Below the pieces are notes generated by a model, which worked only from the letters and a program-made list of their open reading frames with translations, was not told where the DNA came from and ran no database searches. The translations under genes and the position numbers were made by a program. A stretch of 32,000 nt of DNA from Candidatus Karelsulcia muelleri. GTDB lineage: Bacteria > Bacteroidota > Bacteroidia > Flavobacteriales > Blattabacteriaceae. Where the stretch lies: contig NZ_CP029011.1 in NCBI RefSeq assembly GCF_003214255.1, forward strand, positions 241,707 through 273,706. Direction: 5' to 3'. Positions 16,310 to 28,345 of the stretch are shown here, in pieces (the first letter of the stretch is position 1; each line of letters begins with the position of its first letter).

Positions 16310-17809
16310 TTAAATTTGTCTCATTTGAGGAAAAAATAATACTTCTTGTATACATTTGTTATTTGTTAATAACATTATTAATCTATCTATTCCAATTCCT
16401 ATTCCTGCACACGGAGGCATTCCAAATTCTAAAGAACGAATAAACTCCCAATCTATTAACATGGCTTCATTATCTCCTTTTTCAAAAAGTTTAATTTGTT
16501 CTCTAAATCTTTTTAATTGATCAATAGGATCATTTAATTCAGAATAGGAATTCGCAATTTCATTTCCATTAATTATTAATTCAAACCTTTCAGTTAATCC
16601 TTTTTTCCTTCTATGTTTCTTAGTTAAAGGACTCATTTCTATTGGAAAATCCATAATAAAGGTAGGATTTCTATATTTTTTTTCACATTTTTCACTAAAA
16701 ATTTGCTCAATCAATTTGGCTTTTCCCATGTTTTTATCAATTTTTAGCTGTAATTTTTTACATATATTTCTAATATTTTTTTCATTCAATCCAGATAAAT
16801 CAAACCCAGTATTTTCTTTAATTGAATCTAATATTGTAATTTTTTTAAATGGGGTTTTAAAACTAATAAGTTTATTATTAATTTTTAATAATTTTTTATT
16901 ATATAATTTTATACATAAATATTCTAATAATTTTTCTATAAAATTCATCATCCAAAAATAATCTTTATAAGATACATATAATTCTAATATAGTAAATTCT
17001 GGATTATGGTTTTTATCTATACCTTCATTTCTAAAATTTCTAGAAAATTCATAAACAGATTCTAAGCCTCCTACAATTAATTTTTTTAAAAATAATTCAT
17101 TTGAAATCCGTAAATAGAATTGAATATTTAATGCATTCTGGTGAGTTATAAATGGACGAGCAATAGCTCCCCCTGGAATTGATTGAAGAACAGGAGTTTC
17201 AACCTCTAAATATCCTTTATTATTTAAATAATTTCTAATATATTGAACTATTTTAGTACGCTTTATAAAAAGCTTTTTAGTTTTATCATTAACTATTAAA
17301 TCTAAATATCTCATTCTATAACGTTGTTCAGACTCTTCAAAAGAATCATGAACTTTTCCAGTTTCATCTTTTTTTACATTTGGTAAAACACGTAAACATT
17401 TAGATAGTAATTTTATATCTACAGCATGTACAGTGATCTTATTGCTTTTAGTTTTAAATAAAAAACCTTTTATTCCTATAATATCTCCAATATCTAAAAG
17501 TTTTTTTAAAAAAAAATCATATTTGGTTTTAAATTCAGAAATACTATCTCTTTTCAGATAAATCTGAATTAATCCATGATTATCTTTTATCTCTAGAAAT
17601 GAGGCCTTGCCCATTTTTCTCATTCTAATAATACGTCCAGAAATAATAACATTTTTTCCATATTCATAATATTTAATCACATCTTTTGATGTGGCATTTA
17701 CATTATATTCTTCAGAAGGATAAGGATTTATTCCAATTTTTCTAATTACATCAAGTTTGTTTCTACGTATTATTTCTTGATCTGAAAATTTTAAAAAATT
17801 TTTATTCAT
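16310..17809 (-). CDS. lysS: Lysine--tRNA ligase (class II)
   Basis: 499 aa. N-terminal OB-fold anticodon-binding region plus class II core motifs: FRNEGIDKNHNPEFTILE, ELINGNEIANSYSELNDP and GIGIGIDRLIMLL. Confidence 0.95.
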   Translation of the reverse strand: MNKNFLKFSDQEIIRRNKLDVIRKIGINPYPSEEYNVNATSKDVIKYYEYGKNVIISGRIIRMRKMGKASFLEIKDNHGLIQIYLKRDSISEFKTKYDFFLKKLLDIGDIIGIKGFLFKTKSNKITVHAVDIKLLSKCLRVLPNVKKDETGKVHDSFEESEQRYRMRYLDLIVNDKTKKLFIKRTKIVQYIRNYLNNKGYLEVETPVLQSIPGGAIARPFITHQNALNIQFYLRISNELFLKKLIVGGLESVYEFSRNFRNEGIDKNHNPEFTILELYVSYKDYFWMMNFIEKLLEYLCIKLYNKKLLKINNKLISFKTPFKKITILDSIKENTGFDLSGLNEKNIRNICKKLQLKIDKNMGKAKLIEQIFSEKCEKKYRNPTFIMDFPIEMSPLTKKHRRKKGLTERFELIINGNEIANSYSELNDPIDQLKRFREQIKLFEKGDNEAMLIDWEFIRSLEFGMPPCAGIGIGIDRLIMLLTNNKCIQEVLFFPQMRQI

Positions 17810-17845
17810 GAAATGAATTACATTATTTCTAAAAACTTAAATAAG

Positions 17846-17919
17846 TGACCTCGAAGGGAGTTGAACCCCCAACCTTCTGATCCGTAGTCAGATGCTCTAT
17901 CCAATTAAGCTACAAGGCC
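17846..17919 (-). tRNA. tRNA-Arg (anticodon ACG), CCA not encoded
   Basis: The reverse complement GGCCTTGTAGCTTAATTGGATAGAGCATCTGACTACGGATCAGAAGGTTGGGGGTTCAACTCCCTTCGAGGTCA folds as a cloverleaf. Acceptor GGCCUUG/CGAGGUC, anticodon stem UCUGA/UCAGA with loop CUACGGA, T-loop UUCAACU. 74 nt. Confidence 0.93.
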
Positions 17920-17951
17920 TTAAATAAGAAAATAAATATATAATAAAAAAA

Positions 17952-18953
17952 ATGAAAAAAATTAGTAATGATATATATTTAAAATGGTTTAAAGATATGT
18001 CATTTTGGAGAAAATTTGAAGATAAATGTAGATCTTTATACTTAAAACAAAAAATAAGAGGATTTTTACATTTATATAATGGACAAGAAGCTATTCCTGC
18101 AGGTCTTGTTCAGGCTATGGATTTAAAGAAAGATAAAATGATTACTGCTTATAGATGTCATATTTTGCCAATAGCTATGGGGGTAAATCCTAAAAAAATT
18201 ATGGCTGAATTATTTGGAAAAAATACTGGAACATCTTGTGGAATGGGGGGGTCGATGCATATTTTTAGTAAAAAATATCGGTTTTATGGAGGTCATGGCA
18301 TTGTAGGCGGACAAATTCCTATAGGTGCAGGAATTGCATTTGCAGATAAATATTTTTTTCGTGATGCCGTAACATTAACTCTTATGGGTGATGGAGCGGT
18401 GAATCAAGGTTCACTTCACGAAACTTTTAACATGGCAATGATTTGGAAATTACCTGTTGTTTTTATATGCGAAAATAATAAATATGCAATGGGCACTTCT
18501 GTAAAAAGAAGTTCTAATATTGAAGAAATATATAAAATTGGATTAGCATATAAAATGCCATCTTTTTGTGTAGATGGAATGGATCCTATAAAAATATATG
18601 AACATGCTTCTAATGCAATAGAAAAAGCTAGAAAGGGAAAAGGACCTACCTTTTTAGATCTTCGCACTTATCGATATAGAGGACATTCTATGTCCGATTC
18701 AGAATCATATAGAAGTAAAAAAGAAATTAATGAATTTAAATCTAGAGATCCTATTCTTCTTATAAAGAAATATATTTTAGATAACAAATTAGTTTCAGAA
18801 AAAATTTTAAATGAATTTAAAGATGAAATTAATAAAAAAATTGAGGAATGTGTTAATTTTGCAGAAATGTCAAATTATCCAAATGAAGAAAAACTATATA
18901 GTGTAGTTTATTATAAAAAAAATTCTACTTTTTTAGAAAAAAAAAATATATAA
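17952..18953 (+). CDS. pdhA: Pyruvate dehydrogenase E1 component, alpha subunit
   Basis: ThDP motif GDGAVNQGSLHETFNMA...ENN and YRYRGHSMSDS loop. 333 aa. Confidence 0.93.
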   Translation: MKKISNDIYLKWFKDMSFWRKFEDKCRSLYLKQKIRGFLHLYNGQEAIPAGLVQAMDLKKDKMITAYRCHILPIAMGVNPKKIMAELFGKNTGTSCGMGGSMHIFSKKYRFYGGHGIVGGQIPIGAGIAFADKYFFRDAVTLTLMGDGAVNQGSLHETFNMAMIWKLPVVFICENNKYAMGTSVKRSSNIEEIYKIGLAYKMPSFCVDGMDPIKIYEHASNAIEKARKGKGPTFLDLRTYRYRGHSMSDSESYRSKKEINEFKSRDPILLIKKYILDNKLVSEKILNEFKDEINKKIEECVNFAEMSNYPNEEKLYSVVYYKKNSTFLEKKNI

Positions 18954-18956
18954 AAT

Positions 18957-20078
18957 ATGGCAGAAGTTATATTTATGCCTCGTTTAAGTGATACTATGGA
19001 AGAAGGGACTGTTGTAAAATGGCATAAAAAGATAGGTGACAAAATTTTAGAAGGAGATATTTTAGCGGAAATAGAAACGGATAAAGCAATTCAGGAATTT
19101 GAAGCTGAATCTAATTCTACATTACTTTATATTGGCATTAAAGAAGGAGAAACTGCCCCAGTAAATAGTTTATTAGCTATTTTAGGGTCTGAAAATGAAG
19201 ATATTAGTTCTTTGTTAAAAGAAAACCAAACTATTATTAAAAAAAATAATAAAAAAATTTTTATTTCTCCTTTAGCTAAAAAAATTGCTTTTGAAAAAGG
19301 AATTTCATTAGAAAATATTAAAGGAAGTGGAAATAATGGACGTATTATAAAAAAAGATATAGAAAAATATAATAATCATTTATCAGATGATAAAATAACT
19401 TTTAAGAAAGTAGACCATTCTAATATGAGAAAAATAATTAGCAAAAGATTAATTAATTCTCAAATGGAATCCCCTCATTATTCTTTATTTTTAGAAATAA
19501 AAATGGAGAATTTAATGAAATTAAGAGAATCTCTTAACGAAATGAATTATTTAAAAAAAATATCTTTTAATGATTTAATAGTTAAAGCTTCGGCTATAGC
19601 TATAAAAGCAAATCCAAAAATAAATTCTTCTTGGACAGAAAAAAGTATCTTATACCATAAGAATATTAATATAGGAATAGCAGTTGCATTAGAAGATGGA
19701 TTAATTGTTCCTGTAATTTCTAATGTAGATGAGAAATCATTAAGAAAAATTTCTCTTGAAATAAAAGAGAAAGTAATAAAAGCTAAAGAAAAAAAACTTC
19801 AATCTAATGAATTAGAAGGTAGTACTTTTACTGTTTCAAATCTTGGAATGTTTGGGATAGATTCATTTACATCTATTATTAATCAACCTAATTCTTGTAT
19901 TCTTTCTGTAGGAAGGATAAAGAAAAAACCTATTATAAATAATGATAAAATTGTAATAGGTCATACTACTAAATTTACATTAACATGTGATCATCGAATG
20001 ATAGATGGTGCAGTAGGAAGTGATTATTTAAAATGTTTAAAACATTTGTTACAAGAACCATTAAAGATTTTACTTTAA
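18957..20078 (+). CDS. pdhC: Dihydrolipoamide acetyltransferase (PDH E2), single lipoyl domain
   Basis: Lipoyl-lysine motif EIETDKA, subunit-binding domain ISPLAKKIAFEKGISLENIKGSGNNGRIIKKDI, and catalytic DHRMIDGA. Confidence 0.9.
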   Translation: MAEVIFMPRLSDTMEEGTVVKWHKKIGDKILEGDILAEIETDKAIQEFEAESNSTLLYIGIKEGETAPVNSLLAILGSENEDISSLLKENQTIIKKNNKKIFISPLAKKIAFEKGISLENIKGSGNNGRIIKKDIEKYNNHLSDDKITFKKVDHSNMRKIISKRLINSQMESPHYSLFLEIKMENLMKLRESLNEMNYLKKISFNDLIVKASAIAIKANPKINSSWTEKSILYHKNINIGIAVALEDGLIVPVISNVDEKSLRKISLEIKEKVIKAKEKKLQSNELEGSTFTVSNLGMFGIDSFTSIINQPNSCILSVGRIKKKPIINNDKIVIGHTTKFTLTCDHRMIDGAVGSDYLKCLKHLLQEPLKILL

Positions 20079-20783
20079 ATATAATATTGGAATGATTAAA
20101 ATCATAAGATTAGTTAAAGTAAATGAAATTTTCAAGCTTTTACTTTGTAAAAAAAGTGTAAAATTATCATCTTGATATATTTTTTCATATAAAGAAATAA
20201 TTAATTTTAATCCTAATAAAATTATTATAAAAAATGCAGAATCTTCTAAAGAAGAATATTTTTCTGTTAATTTTAATAATTTGACTGTACTAATTCTTAG
20301 TAAAAAAAGACTTATAAAAACTCCTAAAAAAATTAATACTGGATTATTTGAATATGATATTCCTGCCAAAATGTTATCTATTGAAAAGAGAAAATCAATT
20401 AATTCTACATAAAGAATAGTTACCCAAATTTTAGAAAAAAAATTAATTTTAAATAAATTCTTTTCTTCTTTTTGGGTTTTTAAAAAATGATTAATTCCTA
20501 AATATATTAAATATAACCCTCCAATTAGTTTTAACCACCACATATTAATTATTACAGCAGCAAAAATTAAAGATATTATTCTAAAGAAATATGCTCCGAA
20601 AATCCCATAGTTTAATGCTTTTTTTCTATCTTTTTTGTTAATGTTTTTAACCAAAGTAGTTAAAATGGTAGCATTATCTATAGAGAGAAGAGCTTCTATT
20701 AAGACTATATTAATAAGAATAGATATAGAATGGAGAGGATGGTCTACAATTTCTTTAAAAAATTGAGAATAATTAGTTTTCAT
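20070..20783 (-). CDS. TerC-family integral membrane protein
   Basis: Two TerC repeats with LLSIDNA and LFSIDNI motifs, multi-TM. ATG at 20783. The ORF track begins one codon upstream at a GTG (20786). Confidence 0.8.
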   Translation of the reverse strand: MKTNYSQFFKEIVDHPLHSISILINIVLIEALLSIDNATILTTLVKNINKKDRKKALNYGIFGAYFFRIISLIFAAVIINMWWLKLIGGLYLIYLGINHFLKTQKEEKNLFKINFFSKIWVTILYVELIDFLFSIDNILAGISYSNNPVLIFLGVFISLFLLRISTVKLLKLTEKYSSLEDSAFFIIILLGLKLIISLYEKIYQDDNFTLFLQSKSLKISFTLTNLMILIIPILYLK

Positions 20784-20838
20784 CACTTTTTTACTATTTA
20801 GAAATAAATTTTATTATTTTTAATATAAAATCAAATAA

Positions 20839-22304
<1,466 letters not shown>

Positions 22305-22308
22305 TTTA

Positions 22309-23277
22309 ATGTTTTTAACATTTAAAAAAAAAATTATCACCGATATAAATAATAAAAAATTTAAAAATATTTATTTTTTTATGGGAGAAGAAAGATTTTT
22401 AATAGAAAATTTAACGAATTCAATTGAATTGTTTTTAAAAAAAAAAGAAAAAATAAAAAAAAAAATATTATATGGATATGATTTAGATTTAAAAAAACTT
22501 TTTTTTGTTACTAAACAAATTTATATAAATTTTTCAAATGAATATAATTTAATAATTGTAAAAGAGGCACAATTTTTGTCAGAAAAAATTGAAAATATAT
22601 ATTATATATTAAAAAATCATTATAAAAAAACTATATTAATTATTTGTTATAATAATAAAGTTCTTGAGAAAAGAAAAAAATTATATAAATATATTAAAAA
22701 AAATGGAATAATTTTTAATTGTGTCAAATTAAAAACGAATGAAATTTTGAATTTTTTTAAAAATGAAATTGAAGAAAAAGGATATATTATTACTCATAAT
22801 GCTATTAAACTTTTAATAAAGTTTTTAGGAGAAAATTTATATTCGATAAATAATGAAATAAATAAATTATTTATTTTAATGGAAAAAAATCAAATTATAG
22901 ATGAAAAGATTATTAAAAAATATGTAATTAAAACTACTTTTAAAGTAGAATCATATATAATTGAAAAAAATTTTATAAAAGCTTATAAAGCTATTTTAAA
23001 TTTAAATTGTCCAATTAGTTTTATTTTAAAAAATATTTATAATTTATTTTTAAAAATAATTAAATTTCATTGTTTAATTTTCACAAATGTGAAATTTCAA
23101 AATTTTGAAAATAAAATTTTGAATTTTACTACTTTAAAAAAGTATCCATTAAATAATATATATAATATTATTTCTTCTATAAGAGAAGCAGATATTAAAA
23201 TAAAAAATATTTATATTAATTCAATTAATAAGGAATCTATTTTAGAAGAACTTTTCTATAAAATATTTTATAATTAA
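22309..23277 (+). CDS. holA: DNA polymerase III subunit delta
   Basis: N-terminal KKFKNIYFFMGEERFLIE is the typical delta start, and the length is 322 aa. The sequence is highly diverged, and the call also leans on the conserved neighbourhood. Confidence 0.72.
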   Translation: MFLTFKKKIITDINNKKFKNIYFFMGEERFLIENLTNSIELFLKKKEKIKKKILYGYDLDLKKLFFVTKQIYINFSNEYNLIIVKEAQFLSEKIENIYYILKNHYKKTILIICYNNKVLEKRKKLYKYIKKNGIIFNCVKLKTNEILNFFKNEIEEKGYIITHNAIKLLIKFLGENLYSINNEINKLFILMEKNQIIDEKIIKKYVIKTTFKVESYIIEKNFIKAYKAILNLNCPISFILKNIYNLFLKIIKFHCLIFTNVKFQNFENKILNFTTLKKYPLNNIYNIISSIREADIKIKNIYINSINKESILEELFYKIFYN

Positions 23278-23281
23278 AAAT

Positions 23282-24223
23282 ATGAAAAAAATTTTTGATT
23301 GTATAATTATAGGATCCGGTCCTGCTGGATATACTGCAGCAATTTATATTGCTCGTGCAGATTTAAATCATATTTTATATACAGGCCCAATTCCAGGAGG
23401 ACAACTTATAAAAACTAATGAAATAGAAAATTATCCTGGATTTCCAAAAGGAGTAAAAGGTTATTTGTTAATGGAGAATTTTAAAAAACAAGCTGAAAAA
23501 TTTGGTACAAAAATTTATTTTAATAATGTAATTGATATTAATTTTAAATTAAATAATATTCATGAAATTTTATTAGATAATAATAAAAAAATACAAACTA
23601 AAACTATAATTATAGCAACAGGAGCATATCCAAAATATCTAAATATAGATAATGAAAAAGCCTTGATAGGACATGGAATATCTACATGTGCCACATGTGA
23701 TGGTTTTTTTTTTAAAAAAAAAGATGTTGCTGTAATTGGCGGAGGAGATAAAGCTCTTGAAGAAGCAATTTTTTTATCAAAATTATGTAATAGAATATAT
23801 ATTATAATTAGAAAATCTAAAATGAGAGCTTCTAAAATTATGCAAAAAAAAATTTATAATATTAATAATATTAAATTATTATTTAATTTTGAAATTAAAA
23901 AAATAATAGGAAAAAAAAAATTAGAATATTTAATTTGTAAAAAGAATTATTCTAATGAAGAAAAAAAAATAAATGTAAAAGCTATGTTTCTTGCTATAGG
24001 CAATAGTCCTAATACTAATATTTTTAAAAATAAAATTTCTTTAGATAAAAATGGTTATATTTTAACAAAAAAAAATTCTACTAAAACAAATATACCGGGA
24101 GTTTTTGCTGCAGGAGATGTTAAAGATAAAATTTATAGACAAGCAATTACATCAGCTGGAACAGGTTGTATGGCTGCAATAGAGGTTGAAAAATATTTAT
24201 CTTCTTTAGATTTAGAGGAATGA
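23282..24223 (+). CDS. trxB: Thioredoxin-disulfide reductase
   Basis: FAD motif GSGPAGYTAAIY, redox centre CATCDG, NADPH motif GGGDKALEEA, and GVFAAGDV. Confidence 0.95.
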   Translation: MKKIFDCIIIGSGPAGYTAAIYIARADLNHILYTGPIPGGQLIKTNEIENYPGFPKGVKGYLLMENFKKQAEKFGTKIYFNNVIDINFKLNNIHEILLDNNKKIQTKTIIIATGAYPKYLNIDNEKALIGHGISTCATCDGFFFKKKDVAVIGGGDKALEEAIFLSKLCNRIYIIIRKSKMRASKIMQKKIYNINNIKLLFNFEIKKIIGKKKLEYLICKKNYSNEEKKINVKAMFLAIGNSPNTNIFKNKISLDKNGYILTKKNSTKTNIPGVFAAGDVKDKIYRQAITSAGTGCMAAIEVEKYLSSLDLEE

Positions 24224-24966
24224 AAAAAAATACCATTATGATTTATGGAATAAACACTTTATATGAAGCAATAAAATCTAAAATAAAAATATATAAAATT
24301 TATTTAAATAAGAAAAATAATAAAAATAATAAAATTAAAAAAATAATAAAATATTCTAAAAAAAATAATATTTCATTAAATGAAATAATAAATTTTAAAA
24401 AAATTGAAAAAAAAAATCATCAAGGAGTATTTGCAATTATCGATCATATTCAATTGTTGAAAATTGAAAATATCATTCCAATGATTTATAATTCTGGTAA
24501 AATTCCATTATTAATAATTTTAGATAGTATTACAGATGTAAGAAATTTTGGGTCTATTGTTAGAACTTCAGCTTGTACTGGGGTGGATGCTATTATCATG
24601 GCTACTAAAAATAGTGTCACTATAAATAGTGATTCTATCAAAACCTCCTCAGGAGGAATTTTTAAAATTCCAATTTGTAAAGAAAAAAATATAATAAAAA
24701 TTATAAGATATTTAAAATCTTTTGGAATACAAGTTATAGCTGTAACTGAAAAAACAGATAATATTTGCTATAAATTTAATTATAAAAATCCTACAGCTTT
24801 TATCTTAGGAAGTGAACAAAAGGGAATTTCAAAAAAATATTTATCATTATGTAATAATACAGTTAAATTACCTTTAATAAAAAATTCTTTAACATCATTA
24901 AATGTTTCAGTTGCTTGTGGAGCTATTTTATATGAAACTATAAGACAAAGACTAATTGAAAGTTAA
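24220..24966 (+). CDS. rlmB: SpoU/TrmH-family 23S rRNA 2'-O-ribose methyltransferase (RlmB-like)
   Basis: SpoU motifs [21 protein letters not shown] and [14 protein letters not shown]-terminal substrate-binding domain [15 protein letters not shown] overlap with trxB. Confidence 0.8.
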   Translation: MKKNTIMIYGINTLYEAIKSKIKIYKIYLNKKNNKNNKIKKIIKYSKKNNISLNEIINFKKIEKKNHQGVFAIIDHIQLLKIENIIPMIYNSGKIPLLIILDSITDVRNFGSIVRTSACTGVDAIIMATKNSVTINSDSIKTSSGGIFKIPICKEKNIIKIIRYLKSFGIQVIAVTEKTDNICYKFNYKNPTAFILGSEQKGISKKYLSLCNNTVKLPLIKNSLTSLNVSVACGAILYETIRQRLIES

Positions 24967-25958
24967 AATTCTTGTTTAAATTGTTTCAAAAATCTTAAAT
25001 CATTTTCAAAAAAATCTCTAATATCATTTAAATTATAAATCATTAATGTAATCCGTTCTATTCCAATTCCAAAAGCAAATCCTGAATAAATCTCAGAATT
25101 TATATTTATATTATTTAATACAATAGGATCTATCATACCACATCCAAGAATTTCAAGCCATTTATTATTCCATAATATATCTAATTCTGCACTGGGTTCT
25201 GTAAATGGAAAATAAGATGGTCGAAATCTAGTAATTGATTTTCCAAAAAAATTTTGAATAAAAAAATTTATAGTATTTTTTAAATCTTTAAATGAAACTT
25301 TTTTATCTAAATAAAATCCTTCTATTTGATGAAATAGATAATGAGAATTTGAAGAAATCTTTTCATTTCTATAAACCCTTCCTGGAGAAATCACTCTTAT
25401 TGGAGGGGGATTTTTTTCCATATATCTTATCTGGACTGAAGAAGTGTGTGTTCGTAACAATTTATTACTTTTTTTTAAAAAAAAAGTATCTTGCATTTCC
25501 CTAGCAGGGTGATTATATGGAAAATTTAATGCTGTAAAATTATACCAGTCATTTTCTATCTCAGGACCTTCACAAATTTGAAATCCTATTTTATTGAAAA
25601 TATTTATTATACGATTTTCTATGATAGAAATTGGATGTCTAGATCCTAGATCTTTTTTATTTCCAGGTTTTGTAAAATCGGTAAAATAATCTTTTTTTTT
25701 AATTTTTTTTTTCTTTTTTAAAAAAATTTGTTTATATTTCTTTATATAAATTTCAATATCTTTTTTTAAAGAATTAAGATAAAATCCTATTTTTTTTTTT
25801 TCTAATTCAGAATTTTCAATAAATTTTATTTCTTTAAAAAAAAAATTTAAAATTCCTTTTTTTCCTAAATATTTTTTTTTTAAAATTTCTAACTCGGAAA
25901 GAGAATTTATTTTTAATAAAAAAAAATCTTTTTTTATTTTTTTTATTTTATTTAACAT
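24963..25958 (-). CDS. pheS: Phenylalanine--tRNA ligase alpha subunit
   Basis: [10 protein letters not shown], class II motifs [24 protein letters not shown] and [11 protein letters not shown]. Confidence 0.95.
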   Translation of the reverse strand: MLNKIKKIKKDFFLLKINSLSELEILKKKYLGKKGILNFFFKEIKFIENSELEKKKIGFYLNSLKKDIEIYIKKYKQIFLKKKKKIKKKDYFTDFTKPGNKKDLGSRHPISIIENRIINIFNKIGFQICEGPEIENDWYNFTALNFPYNHPAREMQDTFFLKKSNKLLRTHTSSVQIRYMEKNPPPIRVISPGRVYRNEKISSNSHYLFHQIEGFYLDKKVSFKDLKNTINFFIQNFFGKSITRFRPSYFPFTEPSAELDILWNNKWLEILGCGMIDPIVLNNININSEIYSGFAFGIGIERITLMIYNLNDIRDFFENDLRFLKQFKQEF

Positions 25959-25969
25959 TTATATAAAAT

Positions 25970-27229
25970 TTATATAAGTATATCAAATAAATCTGGATTA
26001 TCATTAATATATTGATAATGTATATTATATTTCTTCATTTTTTTTATCATTCCGGAAAAATCTTTTTTATCTGATAATTCTATTCCTATGACAGCTGGTC
26101 CTTCTTCTTTAGAAGTTTTTTTAGAATATTGAAAATATGTTATCTCATCATTAGTCCCTAAAATAGTACTTACAAATTCTTTAAGTGCTCCAGCTCGTTG
26201 AGGAAATCTAACTAAAAAATAGTGTTTTAATCCTTTATAGATCAAAGATCTTTTTCTAATTTCTTCTGTTCTAATTATATCATTATTTCCTCCACTTAAA
26301 ATACAAACTACATTTTTCTTTCTTATTTTTTCAGAATAAATCTCTAATGCTGAAATAGCTAAAGCTCCAGCAGGTTCTGCAACGATTGCTTCTAAATTAT
26401 ATAAATCAAGTATTGTAGTACAAACTTTACCTTCATGTAAAGGTTTTATATCAAACAAAACTTTTTTACAAATATTAAAATTTAATAAGCCTACTTTTTT
26501 TACAGAAGCCCCATCTATAAATCTATCTATATTTTTTAATTCAATTACTTTATTTTTTAAAAATGAAAAACTCATAGAAGGCGCCCCTAAAGGTTCTACA
26601 CCTATTATTTTAGTATCTGGACTTATATGATAAAAATAACTTCCTACGCCTGAAGCTAACCCCCCACCACCAACAGGAATAAAAATATAATCTATTTTTT
26701 CTTTCATTTGTTGAAAAATTTCTAATCCTACTGTTCCTTGTCCTTCTATAATTTTTTTATCATCAAATGGATGAATAAATTTTTTTTTTTTACAAGCTTT
26801 AAAAGCTTTTTCACTACATTCATCAAATGTATCTCCTGTTAAAATAATATTTATATATTTTTTTCCAAACATTTTTACTCTCTCTATTTTTTGTTTCGGA
26901 GTAGTGATTGGCATATATATTGTTCCATATATTTTTAATTTATTACATGAGTAGGCTACACCTTGTGCATGATTTCCTGCACTAGCACAAACAAGACCTT
27001 CTTTCAGATCCTTTTTTGAGAAACTTTTAATTTTATTGTAGGCTCCTCTTATTTTATAAGATCTAACTATTTGTAAATCTTCTCTTTTTAAAAAAATATT
27101 AGAATTATATTTTTCTGATAAAATTGTATTTTTTTGTAAAGGAGTATTAGATATAATATCTTTTAAAAGATATTTGGCTTCTATTATATCTTTTACTGAA
27201 GGAAAATATTTGTTAATTAATGAATTCAC
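25970..27229 (-). CDS. ilvA: Threonine ammonia-lyase (biosynthetic, short form with one ACT-like regulatory domain)
   Basis: PLP-lysine motif LQIVRSYKIRGA, plus SAGNHAQG and GGGGL. GTG start codon at 27229-27227, with an in-frame TAA four codons upstream. Confidence 0.93.
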   Translation of the reverse strand: MNSLINKYFPSVKDIIEAKYLLKDIISNTPLQKNTILSEKYNSNIFLKREDLQIVRSYKIRGAYNKIKSFSKKDLKEGLVCASAGNHAQGVAYSCNKLKIYGTIYMPITTPKQKIERVKMFGKKYINIILTGDTFDECSEKAFKACKKKKFIHPFDDKKIIEGQGTVGLEIFQQMKEKIDYIFIPVGGGGLASGVGSYFYHISPDTKIIGVEPLGAPSMSFSFLKNKVIELKNIDRFIDGASVKKVGLLNFNICKKVLFDIKPLHEGKVCTTILDLYNLEAIVAEPAGALAISALEIYSEKIRKKNVVCILSGGNNDIIRTEEIRKRSLIYKGLKHYFLVRFPQRAGALKEFVSTILGTNDEITYFQYSKKTSKEEGPAVIGIELSDKKDFSGMIKKMKKYNIHYQYINDNPDLFDILI

Positions 27230-27304
27230 TAATCTAATTTAGATATCGGCTTTTATTAAATTAAGTAAAATAATCTGCCATTTGCCATTAATAAATAATA
27301 ATAA

Positions 27305-28339
27305 TTAAGGTCGTAATTTACGGACTATTTCACCTGTTTGCCATAATTCACTTTCTTTGATTTCTTTTAATTCTTTTTTAAGATTTTTTCTATAATTTTT
27401 CTTACTATTTGATATAATTGTTTTATCTGCTTCTTTACCTGAAGAAACTTCTTTATAAAGATTTCTAAAAATTGGCAAATTTATATCTCTAAATTTTTTC
27501 CACCAATCTAAAGCTCCTCTTTGGGCTGTTGTAGAACAATTCTCATACATCCAATCCATTCCTTTTTCTGCTATTAAAGGCATAAGACTTTGTGTTAATT
27601 CTTCTACTGTTTCATTAAATGCTTCTGATGGAGAATGTCCATTTTCTCTTAATACTTGATATTGAGCAGCAAAAATTCCTTGTATAGCTCCCATTAAAGT
27701 TCCTCTTTCTCCTGTTAAATCAGAATAAACTTCTTTTTTAAACGTAGTTTCAAACAAATAAGCTGATCCTATTCCGATTCCTAGAGATAAAGCTCTTTCT
27801 TTTGCTTTTCCAGTATAATTTTGATATATTGCATAACTTGAATTAATCCCTTTTCCTTCTTTGAAAAGTCTTCTTAAACTAGTTCCTGAGCCTTTTGGAG
27901 CAACAAGAAAAATATCTATCTCCTTTGGAGGAGAAATATTTGTTTTTTTTTTAAAAGTTAATCCAAAACCATGTGAAAAATATAATCCTTTTCCTGCATA
28001 AAAATATTTTTTTATTTTTGGCCAAACTGCAATTTGGCCGGCATCAGATAATAAAATCATTATTATAGTTCCATTTTCTACTCCTTCTTCTAAATTAAAT
28101 AATGTTTTATTTTCTATCCAACCATCTTTTATGGCCTTTTTCCATGATTTGGAATTTTTTCTTTGCCCTACTATAACATTAAATCCATTATCACGTAAAT
28201 TAAGTGCTTGGCCAGGCCCTTGAACTCCATAACCTAAAACACAAATAGTTTCATTTAAAAGACATTTTCTAGCTTTTTCTAAAGAAAAATTTTTTCTTGT
28301 TATAATTTCTTCTTCTAAATTTCCAAATTTTAATTTCAT
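27305..28339 (-). CDS. ilvC: Ketol-acid reductoisomerase (class I, short form)
   Basis: NADPH motif GYGVQGPGQALNLRDNG. 344 aa. Knotted-domain motifs are present, including SHGF. Confidence 0.95.
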   Translation of the reverse strand: MKLKFGNLEEEIITRKNFSLEKARKCLLNETICVLGYGVQGPGQALNLRDNGFNVIVGQRKNSKSWKKAIKDGWIENKTLFNLEEGVENGTIIMILLSDAGQIAVWPKIKKYFYAGKGLYFSHGFGLTFKKKTNISPPKEIDIFLVAPKGSGTSLRRLFKEGKGINSSYAIYQNYTGKAKERALSLGIGIGSAYLFETTFKKEVYSDLTGERGTLMGAIQGIFAAQYQVLRENGHSPSEAFNETVEELTQSLMPLIAEKGMDWMYENCSTTAQRGALDWWKKFRDINLPIFRNLYKEVSSGKEADKTIISNSKKNYRKNLKKELKEIKESELWQTGEIVRKLRP

Positions 28340-28345
28340 CTCTAT

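Noticed and set aside
18954-18956. An apparently missing E1-beta gene (pdhB) between pdhA and the E2 gene, as a sign of pathway loss.
   Set aside because: As far as I recall, pdhA followed directly by E2, with pdhB encoded elsewhere, is the usual arrangement in Flavobacteriia. Absence from this window says nothing about the genome.
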